From: Promethearchaeota archaeon
GTDB lineage: Archaea > Asgardarchaeota > Lokiarchaeia > Sigyniarchaeales > SOKP01
Length of the DNA: 64,000 nt
Direction of reading: 5' to 3'
NCBI GenBank assembly: GCA_048941285.1
Contig: JBHLNS010000006.1
Span: 42,338-106,337 of the forward strand
Shown here: piece by piece, positions 39,957-49,650 of the stretch
Numbering within the stretch: position 1 is the stretch's first letter
Layout: each line of letters opens with the position of its first letter
Notes under the pieces: model-generated
The model's database searches: none
What the model saw: only the letters and a program-made list of their open reading frames with translations
What the model was told of the DNA's origin: nothing
Made by a program: the position numbers and the translations under genes

Positions 39957-40817
39957 CTATAATAAGATATTAAAAATAGTTTGAATCCCACCTACGGCCT
40001 CTAAATATTGAGTAGGTGTCTTCTCTAATATGAAATTTTTCTTGTATTCTTCAAAATCAGTTTTTAAATAGCATTGAATATGCAATGGATCAAACGTATA
40101 AATGGGAAAACAGGATGTTGGATGTGCTCCAAAAGGCATTTTTACTACTGCACTTGTAGTTTGAATTGGTAATTGTGCTTTTCCCGGTAAATAGCGGATA
40201 TCCTCTGTTTCAACCAATTTCTCGCATATAATAATTGTTTTTTTTGCTGTTTTAGCCATATCTGCATCCATCCATACTGCTCCAGCAATATTGCCATTCC
40301 CAAATTCATCAGCATAAGGTACATGAATTATTGCTATATCTAAATCAATCTTAGGTACTGCCATAACTTGTGTTCCTGAACCGAGAGGATCATCAATTTG
40401 TTTAATGTCATTCCTTACTTTTGGCATATCTGTTCCGATGATACCTTTTAAAGGCATAAAAGGTACTTTTAAATAGGATGCTCTTAATCCTAAAGCGATT
40501 GTTGCTTCGCTTTCTTCAGATATTTTAATAGAACCAGATTCTACAGCTTTTCTAAAATTTGGGGCCATTCCGAAAATTTCCATACCAACGAAACAAGATC
40601 TAACTTCGGAGATGCACTCTGCGGCAATTAGCATATCAACTTCAATACCACCTACAAAAGTACAAATTGATAGTTGTTTTTTATCCTGCCTTATAATCTC
40701 CTGGCAGGCACTTATAGGCTTTCTCCAAAAAGATAATCCACCAATTCCCACCAAGTCCCCATTTTGAATATTCGTAGATATAGCTTCTTCTAATGACATT
40801 AATTTACTCTGCCGAAT
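39957..40817 (-). CDS. CoA-transferase alpha subunit (GctA-like); start ATG 40799 or ATT 40817
   Basis: KLMSLEEAI, GD.VGIGG, PFMP..G..GTD, ADEFGN, PFGAHPTSC. Confidence 0.88.
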   Translation of the reverse strand: MRQSKLMSLEEAISTNIQNGDLVGIGGLSFWRKPISACQEIIRQDKKQLSICTFVGGIEVDMLIAAECISEVRSCFVGMEIFGMAPNFRKAVESGSIKISEESEATIALGLRASYLKVPFMPLKGIIGTDMPKVRNDIKQIDDPLGSGTQVMAVPKIDLDIAIIHVPYADEFGNGNIAGAVWMDADMAKTAKKTIIICEKLVETEDIRYLPGKAQLPIQTTSAVVKMPFGAHPTSCFPIYTFDPLHIQCYLKTDFEEYKKNFILEKTPTQYLEAVGGIQTIFNILL

Positions 40818-40902
40818 TTATAATCTCCCCAATTGAAATGTGATTTTGTTAAAAATATATTTAGAATCAATTGTTGCTAAATTAAAAATTCTAATAATAT
40901 TA

Positions 40903-40920
40903 TAGTGAATTTATTCACTA
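40903..40920. promoter_or_regulatory. palindromic operator candidate upstream of CoA-transferase operon
   Basis: TAGTGAAT-TT-ATTCACTA perfect 8-bp arms. Confidence 0.55.
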
Positions 40921-41666
40921 GAATAAATTTTAGCAAATAATTTTATCATTTTAGCAATTGTTTATTAAAATGAATTCTTGAAGCTAATCCACCATTAGAA
41001 AATAAAGCAAGAATTAATTTAAATTAAAATAAGGATTAATTCAAATTTAGTTCCCATATCGGAGATTTGGAAATTAACATGAAAAAAAGCAATATTGCAG
41101 TTCAGACCTCATAATGAAGGACAAATCTCATAGTGAAGCAATAATCATGTTATTCTTGATGAAATAGAGTTACTGTATCACTAGACGTATTTCAAATTTT
41201 GGTTTATGAACCTGTTACATTTACTTATCTTCCGTTTATGTCTTACTTTTTCTAATTTTGGCCTTAATTCTTCCATAATTAGGTTTAAAGCCAAATTCCT
41301 AATTTAGAAGATTCATAATTAAATTAAAAGCCTTTCTCGAATTTTGAGATATAATCATATTTTTAATTCAATTTTATATAGCTTGTACTAATTTAAGAAT
41401 AATTAGGATAACAATTATAAATCTAACCACCTTTTAAATCAAACAAGTGGCTTAGTTCAGATATAATAGTTTGAAAAGCGGTTTTTAAGAGTCAAAGGGT
41501 CCTAAATGGTATTAAAAATACAAAAATTTAAATATCTACGATTTCTTTAATTTATTATTAGGTATATTATTATTAATATTTAATATATTATAAAAGTACA
41601 GTTTAGGTGAATCTTTATATGATCTGGAATATCTCAATAATGGTGATTTTTGCTGAGGTAAGCAGT

Positions 41667-41741
41667 ATGTATTATAGCTTTCCTGGGGCTATCTATTGTC
41701 AGTTAGATCATAAGAAAGCTCCTAAAATGAGTAACATATGA
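41667..41741 (+). CDS. possible 24-aa small peptide
   Basis: MYYSFPGAIYCQLDHKKAPKMSNI*; GAGGT SD 7 nt upstream; TTTATAT TATA-like at ~41614. Confidence 0.25.
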   Translation: MYYSFPGAIYCQLDHKKAPKMSNI

Positions 41742-41953
41742 CCTTAGGGTTTAAAACTCAAGGGCTTATCAATTTTTACATTCTATAATTTAGATTTGAA
41801 AATAGGAAGTAAAAAAGATAAAATATAATTAAGAAATCTCAAAAAATTAAGATTTCATACTAATAAAATTAATTTCAATTTAATAATAAAAAGAAGGTAA
41901 GCTAAACGTAAACAGATAAAATTGGAAATTGAATTGGTTTAAAGGTGATCTAA

Positions 41954-43192
41954 ATGAGCTTGGTCCATGAAACAAATGTTGAAAGTAAATTAATAATGAC
42001 TAAAAAGGACAAGGTTCAAAGATCAAAATACAAATCAAATATTATTAAATTATACTTCTTTAATTTCTTTGTTGGGTTTTCTCTTATTTCAGGTATTTTG
42101 ATCCCCTTTTACTTAATCTATGGGGGATTTACTTTTTTTGAATTTATGTTATTGCAGAGTTATTATGCTCTTATAGTAATTATCTTAGAAATTCCATGCG
42201 GTTTAATAGCGGATCGAGTTAGCAAGAAATTTGCTTTCATATTAGCAGGAATATCATATCTTTTAATTCCTTTTGTTTATGGAATCGCACCGAACAAACT
42301 TCTTTTTTTTGTAGGAGAAACCTTATTTGCGTTTAGTAACGCTTTAATTTCAGGGACTAATGAAGCTATAGTATACGAAAATCTGAAAATGATGGGAAAA
42401 GAAAACCTAATCATGAAAACCATAGCAAAAAATGATGGAATGTTTCTTTTAGGGATTATCATTTCAGCTCCATTAGGTTCAATTATTGCTAATTTAATTT
42501 CAATAAGAATGGTGGTTTTACTCATGATCTTACCTTATTTCATCTGTCTTTTTATTACTTTTACTATTCATAAAACCAACAGAACAGGCGATCCTAAAAA
42601 GAAAACTACTCAAATTCTGAAATCTGGGTTTAAATTGCTTTGGAAGAATAAAGTTCTTAAGATCTTAGTATTTGAAAAGATAATAATTGAAATAATCATA
42701 ATTTTTTTAGTTTATACATATCAATTTTACATTCTTTCCGAATTCAGTATTCCCTTATTATATTTTGGCTTTATCGACGCTGGTTTGAATCTTTCACACT
42801 TTATGTTTTTAAATTTAATTCCCCATTTAACAACTAACAGCATAGATAAAAAAAAAGTACTTTTGATAAATACTATTATTCCTGGGGTGGGCTACATTTT
42901 AATTGCTATAATTAATTTCATTCCAGCAATTATATTTCTATTTTTAATAGTAATTGGTTTAGGAATGTCAAGATATATAATATTTACTAATGGAATTAAT
43001 AAACAGATTGAAGAAAATAACAGAGCTACAATTTTGAGTACTATTAATGTAATATCTGGAACTTTAAAAGCAATTTTGTATCCATTAATAGGAATCTTAG
43101 TTATCTTCAATATAAACTTTCTGTATGTGATTTTTGGAATTTTAATTGTATTTTTTGCATTAAAATCTAAAATTAAAAAAGAATATCTTTAA
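41954..43192 (+). CDS. MFS transporter
   Basis: LEIPCGLIADRVSKK (motif A variant), SGT.EA..YE, RATILS; ~12 TM. Confidence 0.9.
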   Translation: MSLVHETNVESKLIMTKKDKVQRSKYKSNIIKLYFFNFFVGFSLISGILIPFYLIYGGFTFFEFMLLQSYYALIVIILEIPCGLIADRVSKKFAFILAGISYLLIPFVYGIAPNKLLFFVGETLFAFSNALISGTNEAIVYENLKMMGKENLIMKTIAKNDGMFLLGIIISAPLGSIIANLISIRMVVLLMILPYFICLFITFTIHKTNRTGDPKKKTTQILKSGFKLLWKNKVLKILVFEKIIIEIIIIFLVYTYQFYILSEFSIPLLYFGFIDAGLNLSHFMFLNLIPHLTTNSIDKKKVLLINTIIPGVGYILIAIINFIPAIIFLFLIVIGLGMSRYIIFTNGINKQIEENNRATILSTINVISGTLKAILYPLIGILVIFNINFLYVIFGILIVFFALKSKIKKEYL

Positions 43193-43289
43193 ATGAAAAC
43201 AAGTATTAAATCAAAAATATTAAGAATTACTTCTAGTTTTTGTATTATTACAAAATATATACTTAATTTGTGGTTGTTAGCTTTAAACA

Positions 43290-44249
43290 ATGTTTGAACT
43301 TAAGAAGCTAATAGGAAATACAACATTTACTGAGGCAAAAAACTTAGCTAATTTATTAGGATGTGAAAGACTATATTTAAAATTTGAAGGTAGTAACCCA
43401 ACTGGAACTCAAAAAGATCGAATTGCATTGGCCTTAATTGAAGATGCTGTCAAAAATAAATATAAAGTTATAACAACTGCCACATGCGGCAATTTTGGAG
43501 CAGCATTAGCATATGTGGCAAAAAATTTTGGTTTGGAAACTCACGTCTTTATCCCCACAAATTATCATCCTTCGAAAAATAGAATTAATTACTTATATCA
43601 AGCCAATGCTCATATTCACTATATTGAGGGCCATTATGAGGATGCTGTAAATTATTCGTCTGAAATTGCAGAAAATCAAGGCTTCTATAATGCTAATCCA
43701 GGTATACCGCAAGTTAAAGAAATTTCCTTTCTCGCATATAGTAAAATCTCCTTGGAATTATTTCGAACTTTAAGAAGAGCACCTGATTATATTTTTTGTC
43801 CAGTAGGGAATGGAACAACTATAACAGGAATTTATATCGGTTTTAAAAACCTATTTGAAGATGGCAAAATATCAAAAATACCTAAAATAATAGCTACAAG
43901 CACTAAAAAAGGAAATCCTATTATAAAATCATTTAAATTAAAAACTAAAATAGTATTAGATTTATCTCCAGATGAAATTAGGGAAAGTAGAATCAATGAA
44001 CCTTTAACAAATTGGCATTCATATGATGGTCAAGAAGCTCTAGATGCAATATATGCTTCTAATGGTTTTGCCGATTATGCTTCTGATTCTAAAATGATTG
44101 AATTTTCTAGAATTTTGAGAGAAGAACAAGGTTTAAATGCCTTACCCGCGGCTACAAGTACTTTAGCAGTTTTATCAACTTTAAAGAGGGGTGCGGTCAC
44201 TTTAAAAGGAAATTATGTAGCAATTCTAACGGGGAGAGATTTTAAGTAA
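43290..44249 (+). CDS. PLP-dependent threonine synthase-like enzyme (fold type II)
   Basis: LKFEGSNPTGTQKDR, ATCGNFG, PVGNGT, ILTGR. Confidence 0.85.
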   Translation: MFELKKLIGNTTFTEAKNLANLLGCERLYLKFEGSNPTGTQKDRIALALIEDAVKNKYKVITTATCGNFGAALAYVAKNFGLETHVFIPTNYHPSKNRINYLYQANAHIHYIEGHYEDAVNYSSEIAENQGFYNANPGIPQVKEISFLAYSKISLELFRTLRRAPDYIFCPVGNGTTITGIYIGFKNLFEDGKISKIPKIIATSTKKGNPIIKSFKLKTKIVLDLSPDEIRESRINEPLTNWHSYDGQEALDAIYASNGFADYASDSKMIEFSRILREEQGLNALPAATSTLAVLSTLKRGAVTLKGNYVAILTGRDFK

Positions 44250-44296
44250 AATAAAACTTATTTAAATAAAATTTGATAATTATAGCAAACATAAAC

Positions 44297-44833
44297 TTAT
44301 AATTCTAATACCATCGTTAAATTTTCATTATCATTTCTCTCTTTAAGACTGAATCCTAGATTTTTGTAAAAGTTATATAATAAAATTTTCTTTTCATCAA
44401 TTTCTTCAGTTTCTACGCGTATATACTTATATTTCTCTTTTTTCAACCATTTAATAAACCATGATAATACTTGAACACCAATCCCTTTACCATAATTTTT
44501 AACAGCAATAGTATCTAGAAAAAATGTTTGTTTTTCTTCGTCAGGAAATAAATAACCTAATAAAGTAGCTTCAAGTTTATTATTTACTAAAATAAAGAAA
44601 AAAACTATGTTATCGTTGCCTAATCTTTTTTCCATTTCTTTAAATGAGTATCTTAATTCTTCTCTAAAAGCTATATTTTCAATTTCCTGAAACCATTCAT
44701 AATATTCATTATTCCAAGTATCAGGAAAAATTAATTCTATTGAGCTATCCAACTTTTTATTCAATTCTATTTTTAAAGATCTCCAAATAGAATTATTTTT
44801 TTTAAAATTTGAGGGATTTAATTTTAGACTCAT
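44297..44833 (-). CDS. GNAT N-acetyltransferase
   Basis: FLDTIAV...GKGIG, FYKNLGF. Confidence 0.82.
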   Translation of the reverse strand: MSLKLNPSNFKKNNSIWRSLKIELNKKLDSSIELIFPDTWNNEYYEWFQEIENIAFREELRYSFKEMEKRLGNDNIVFFFILVNNKLEATLLGYLFPDEEKQTFFLDTIAVKNYGKGIGVQVLSWFIKWLKKEKYKYIRVETEEIDEKKILLYNFYKNLGFSLKERNDNENLTMVLEL

Positions 44834-44866
44834 GAATTATTTGAATTTATGTTAAGATTAATTAAA

Positions 44867-45865
44867 TTAATGTAAATTAAGGCCATAGCGACAACAGGCA
44901 GATTCTAAAATGCGTTGAATTAACTGATCATAAGTGTATCCAGATTTCATCGCCATAAATGGATAAAATGAAAAATCATTATTTTCAAGATCAAAATCAA
45001 TACCAGGGAGAGGATTTATCTCCAAAAAGTAAATTTGATTCTTAGTATTCATTCTAAAGTCAATTCTGCCAAAGTCTCGTATATATAAATATTTCCAAAT
45101 ATTAATTGAAATTGTTTGCAATCTTTTTTTTAAATCTTTTGGGATTTTTGCAGGGCAAATATAATGCTCTAGTGAATCATAAGTAGTTTTAGCTCGCTGT
45201 CCAAATACATTACCTATTTCCTTAGGTAATTTAGAATAATCTATTTCTAGAATTGATAACACTTCCGGATTTTCCCCAGGTCTTCCTAATAAACCTACGC
45301 TAAATTCGCGACCTTGAATAAATTGTTCAACTAAAATTGATTGTTGATAAGTATCTAATAAATTCTTAAGTTTAATTTTCAAATTATCCATATCAAAGAC
45401 AACATTGTCTTCATTTATCCCCATAGAAGAACCTTCTTCATTTGGTTTTAAAATGACGGGGAAAGAGATATCAAATTCGCTGATCTCTGTAATATCTGAA
45501 ACTGTAATAAATTTAGGAGTTAAAATTTTATGATATGCTAAGCACTTTTTTGCCCATGTTTTATTTAATCCTATAGCCGTTGTCAGTACATTAGAACCTA
45601 CATAAGGAATCTTTAACATCTCCAACATTGCGGGTATATGAGATTCTCGACTTTCTCCTCTAATACCTTCTGCTCTGTTAAATACTAAATCAGGTTTAAT
45701 TTTTTTCAAATTTTCAAAAACATTTTCATCAGCTTCAATAAATTCATAATAATTTCCTGTTTGTTCAATACCATGTTTTATTAGTTGAATAGTATGAGGT
45801 GGATCATACTCAATTTCAAATTCAGAAGCTTCCTTCCTAGTATTTAATACAACTGCAATTTTCAT
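44867..45865 (-). CDS. D-Ala-D-Ala ligase-like ATP-grasp enzyme
   Basis: VFNRAEG, IPYVGS, KPNEEGSSMGI, VEQFIQGREF, RIDFR, LEINPLPG. Confidence 0.88.
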   Translation of the reverse strand: MKIAVVLNTRKEASEFEIEYDPPHTIQLIKHGIEQTGNYYEFIEADENVFENLKKIKPDLVFNRAEGIRGESRESHIPAMLEMLKIPYVGSNVLTTAIGLNKTWAKKCLAYHKILTPKFITVSDITEISEFDISFPVILKPNEEGSSMGINEDNVVFDMDNLKIKLKNLLDTYQQSILVEQFIQGREFSVGLLGRPGENPEVLSILEIDYSKLPKEIGNVFGQRAKTTYDSLEHYICPAKIPKDLKKRLQTISINIWKYLYIRDFGRIDFRMNTKNQIYFLEINPLPGIDFDLENNDFSFYPFMAMKSGYTYDQLIQRILESACCRYGLNLH

Positions 45866-45931
45866 TATATTTTCAATTATTGACTAGATTATTAACTAAA
45901 AAAATGTTTAGAATATAATTAATAGTAAATC

Positions 45932-47302
45932 TTATAATTCAAATTTAGACAATTCCTCTTTATAGATGGATAACACGTCATTTTTCAATTCTTTAGGTAA
46001 CGACATTGGTTCATAAATCGAACAAAATTTATTAAAAAGCTCATCTTCTCGACTTTTAGCTTCTTCAAATAAACCTCTTTTTATAAACTCTTCAATTAAA
46101 TCTCCTTTAATTCCTTTTTTAATGGCACTATAAAATGCAAATAATTGTTCATCTCTAGCTACTTCTGTATTGGCATAAGTAAGATTTGACTTACTTCCAA
46201 ATAATGTATAGAATGGTTTAAATTCCTTTTTTAGCATATCATTTTTTAGTCCAATTAGCTTTGGATCTAATCCACTCCCAACACACAATAGATACATTTT
46301 CGCGCAGACAGAACAATTATGACACCAACGATAATCTCTTCCAAACTCATTTTCAGTAAAACAACTCATTTGGTACTTCGCAATATGTGGATAACGATGA
46401 ATTAGCATATATTGTATCATCATATCCATTAATGGTTCGATTAAACTTCCCGTAATTACTGAATGACCTGAAAAAATTTGAGTTATTTGACTTATATGTA
46501 CTGTCCAAAGATGAGATTGATCATAAGCAGGATAAATTAACCATTTATTCGAACTGTCCATATAGGAAGCTGCAGTCGTTTGTTCATTACCAAAAAAGAT
46601 ATATTTTCCATTGAGTGCATATGCAAAAGGGATAAATTCAATTGCATATTCTGTATTTTGCAAACCCCATCCGAACTCAGATTTTGGTAAACCTAAATAA
46701 TCATAATCCCTCAATTTCCCTGTTTCATGAGTGAGAATGTGTAAATTTTTTCCAAATTCTTTTTTAAATTCATTTGCTAAAATTCTTTTATGTTTTTCCT
46801 CGTATGTTAAGCTTTGTTCTACCACATATATAATTTCTGGTTTTAAATTAATTTCTTCTGCCACAGCATATGTTAAAAGACTATCTTTTCCAAAACTCAT
46901 TCCAATTAAAGCTTTATATGCTCCTTCTACAGGTTTATCAGAAGGATTTACTACTTCTGGATTGATAAATTGGAATTCGGTGTTTAAAAATTGACGGATT
47001 ACGACATCGGTATTAAGGCCATCGACCTCGGTGCAGGAAGGAATATCTTTTAAAAAATTTTGCATAAAGTATGGTTCTAATAAAGGTCTTCCCGAATAAT
47101 ATCTAATTTTCATTTTATTGTATATCAATGGTAGATGCATTGTTGTTACGAGCACTAAATTATCTTTTAACGCCTCGCATGTTTGACTAGGTGTTGAATT
47201 CCAAATATTTTCTCCAAAATCAATAGGATATTGAACTGCTTGAAATTCTATCTGCATCCCAGTTTTAGTAGTTGATGAATAGATTTCTAAAAAATTATTC
47301 AA
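45932..47302 (-). CDS. PP-loop ATPase resembling MurL-type peptidyl-glutamate epimerase
   Basis: SFGKDS PP-loop, GNE, QSH, SCF...WCHNCSVC. Confidence 0.55.
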   Translation of the reverse strand: MNNFLEIYSSTTKTGMQIEFQAVQYPIDFGENIWNSTPSQTCEALKDNLVLVTTMHLPLIYNKMKIRYYSGRPLLEPYFMQNFLKDIPSCTEVDGLNTDVVIRQFLNTEFQFINPEVVNPSDKPVEGAYKALIGMSFGKDSLLTYAVAEEINLKPEIIYVVEQSLTYEEKHKRILANEFKKEFGKNLHILTHETGKLRDYDYLGLPKSEFGWGLQNTEYAIEFIPFAYALNGKYIFFGNEQTTAASYMDSSNKWLIYPAYDQSHLWTVHISQITQIFSGHSVITGSLIEPLMDMMIQYMLIHRYPHIAKYQMSCFTENEFGRDYRWCHNCSVCAKMYLLCVGSGLDPKLIGLKNDMLKKEFKPFYTLFGSKSNLTYANTEVARDEQLFAFYSAIKKGIKGDLIEEFIKRGLFEEAKSREDELFNKFCSIYEPMSLPKELKNDVLSIYKEELSKFEL

Positions 47303-47582
47303 ATGTAAAATCCTTTTCTTTTAATTTATATCTTATTTGATCCTTATGATTTGTCAAAATAAAATTCTTACGTAAATCAAAAATTAAAAACTGTTAATTA
47401 TAAGTCATTATGATGAAATCATAAATAAATGTTAAAACAAAAACTATTGAGAGAATATTAATTTATCAATGTCTTATACTTTCATGTACCTTATTTACAA
47501 TTCTATAGTATAATTCTTTTTAATGTTTAATTATTTTTATAGAAACAAATAAATAAATACGAAGCTTGCTCTATTTGTTACT

Positions 47583-48017
47583 ATGAAATTATCGAGTAAT
47601 GATTTTAAAAATAATCAGTTATTAGATAGTAAATTTTCATTACGTGGAGCGAATAAATCACCTCACCTGAAATGGGAGAAATCCCCCCCAAATACTAAGA
47701 GTTTTGCTATTTCCTGTAATGATCCTGATGCAACTGCAGGTGATTGGATTCATTGGCTTGTTGTGAATATTCCAAAACATATAAATGAAATTCCTCAAGG
47801 AGGTCCAATTCCGGGCGACCCACTACAAACTGATTTCGGAAAGACGGGTTATAGTGGTCCGGCACCCCCTAGTGGTACGCATAAATACATATTCAAGGTA
47901 TATGCACTAGATATTGATAGACTAAAAGGTGTCAATAAGAAGAATTTCTACGAAGAAATGGAAGATCACAGTATAATGTCTGCTGAGCTGGTTGGATTAT
48001 ATAAGAGTAAAAAATAG
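47583..48017 (+). CDS. YbhB/YbcL (PEBP/Raf kinase inhibitor-like) protein
   Basis: DPDA, WIHW, GYSGPAPP, HKY.F.VYALD. Confidence 0.92.
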   Translation: MKLSSNDFKNNQLLDSKFSLRGANKSPHLKWEKSPPNTKSFAISCNDPDATAGDWIHWLVVNIPKHINEIPQGGPIPGDPLQTDFGKTGYSGPAPPSGTHKYIFKVYALDIDRLKGVNKKNFYEEMEDHSIMSAELVGLYKSKK

Positions 48018-48283
48018 AATTCTCTCTATAACAAAAAGTTAAAAATTGGGATAGTAGCAGCCATGTTAAAACTATTAATAATTATTAAATTGCCTAAAAT
48101 TTATGTAAAAGAAAGTAAATATTAAGGCATGTATTAAATAATAAACACTGGTTTTTTTTTTCTTATTAAAATTTATATTATTTAAAATCTAATAGTTTCC
48201 TATAAAATCATATTAGTCTAGCATTAAAAACTAATTAAATAATAGATTATTTCAGAATATAATTAATTCTAGATGGAAAAACA

Positions 48284-48826
48284 ATGAGCATATCAAGAAA
48301 AAGATTAATGCAAGGGTTAGTTCAAGTTTACTTTGGACGAGGGAAAGGGAAAACAACAGCAGCTATAGGACAAGGAATACGTGCTACGGGACATGGTTTT
48401 AAAGTATATATGATTCAATTTATGAAGGGGAATTATAAATATGGTGAAATTGAAGCAATCAAAAATATCTCAAATTTTGAATTAAAACAATTTGGTAGCC
48501 CAGATCTCATCGCTGAACCAGGAGAATTCGATTTAGAAGAAGGTAAGAAGGCACTTGATTATGCAAAAGAAATTATTATGAGTGATGAATACGACATCGT
48601 TATCCTTGATGAGGTTGGGGTTGCGATCTCTATGAACGTCATATCTGTGGAACCCGTATTAGAACTCATAAAAAATAAACCAGAAAAAGTCGAATTAATA
48701 TTAACTGGTGGCCCCAATATGCACCCCAAAATAAAAGAATTAGCTGATTTAGTAACCGAAATGAGAATGATTAAACATTATTATGCTTCTAAAGGTATCA
48801 AAGCTAGATATGGAATAGAATATTAA
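48284..48826 (+). CDS. cobO: cob(I)alamin adenosyltransferase (CobO/BtuR)
   Basis: GRGKGKTTAAIG, QFMKG, VILDE, ELILTG, ADLVTEM, GIEY. Confidence 0.92.
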   Translation: MSISRKRLMQGLVQVYFGRGKGKTTAAIGQGIRATGHGFKVYMIQFMKGNYKYGEIEAIKNISNFELKQFGSPDLIAEPGEFDLEEGKKALDYAKEIIMSDEYDIVILDEVGVAISMNVISVEPVLELIKNKPEKVELILTGGPNMHPKIKELADLVTEMRMIKHYYASKGIKARYGIEY

Positions 48827-49188
48827 TTTAATATCTAAGAATTTAATCAAAAAATAAAAAAAATGAATATAGATATATTTTATAATCTCATTGAAAATGA
48901 GCCTGAAAGAGAAACTTTTAATAAATTTGAATCAAGAGGAGATTATGTAAATTGGAAACAAAAATTTATTGTAAAGGTATATCTTCTACAATTACACTAT
49001 ATACTATTAAAAATTTAAAGGGAAAAGAAAGAGAAGAGGTATTAAAAACCAAACCAAAAAAATAGATTAAATTCGATCTGTCCATATTGTATTTCGCATT
49101 ATTAAATATATGGATTGAAATTTCTATATTAAGACACTTAATTAGATAACTGATTAAATTTTTAATAAAAGAAAGGATAATCAAAATC

Positions 49189-49557
49189 ATGAATGAAGGG
49201 AAGACTTTTCAGATAAAAAAGATAATTTCTGTCTGCGGGTTAGATTGTGCTCAGTGTAAAATCTATCAAGCACCATTTAATCCAAGTATCGCTGATAAAT
49301 TAGTTAGAATGTTTGATAATATGTGGGATAATGTAAAACCCGAAGACTTTCATTGTACTACATGTAGGGGTGAAATTTCAGAATGCTGGACAAAAGAATG
49401 CTGGATTAGATATTGTTGTGTAAATGAAAGAAAATTAGAATATTGCTATCAATGCCAAGATTTTCCTTGCAAAGGGTTAGAAGAACGAGCAAAAAAAAAT
49501 AAAAGATACATAGTAGCATTAAATAATCTTAAAGGAATGAAGAGAAAAGAGAAATAA
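49189..49557 (+). CDS. DUF3795-like Cys-rich protein
   Basis: CGLDCAQC, C..CR, C.IR.C, CYQCQDFPC. Confidence 0.8.
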   Translation: MNEGKTFQIKKIISVCGLDCAQCKIYQAPFNPSIADKLVRMFDNMWDNVKPEDFHCTTCRGEISECWTKECWIRYCCVNERKLEYCYQCQDFPCKGLEERAKKNKRYIVALNNLKGMKRKEK

Positions 49558-49650
49558 ATATCCAAATATCTAATTTCTTACAATTTCAGGTTTGAGTTCA
49601 AATTCCTCAATAATATTATACATTCTAGAAACAGCTTAATTGGTTAAATA

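Noticed and set aside
41277-41303. IRNLALNLI on the minus strand resembling an ISAs1 transposase C-terminal motif
   Set aside because: Immediately preceded by a stop; no DDE region or terminal repeats
41640-41770. Known riboswitch (TPP, cobalamin, fluoride)
   Set aside because: Consensus cores could not be matched by eye
44867-45865. True D-Ala-D-Ala ligase implying peptidoglycan
   Set aside because: Lacks the N-terminal GG.S.E and HG..GEDG motifs of Ddl; no mur genes in the window
48863-49066. 51-aa ORF (MNIDIFYNLIENEPER...) with possible frameshifted continuation and an LIENEPER match to MeaB
   Set aside because: No SD or recognisable family; the 8-aa match is short and may be chance
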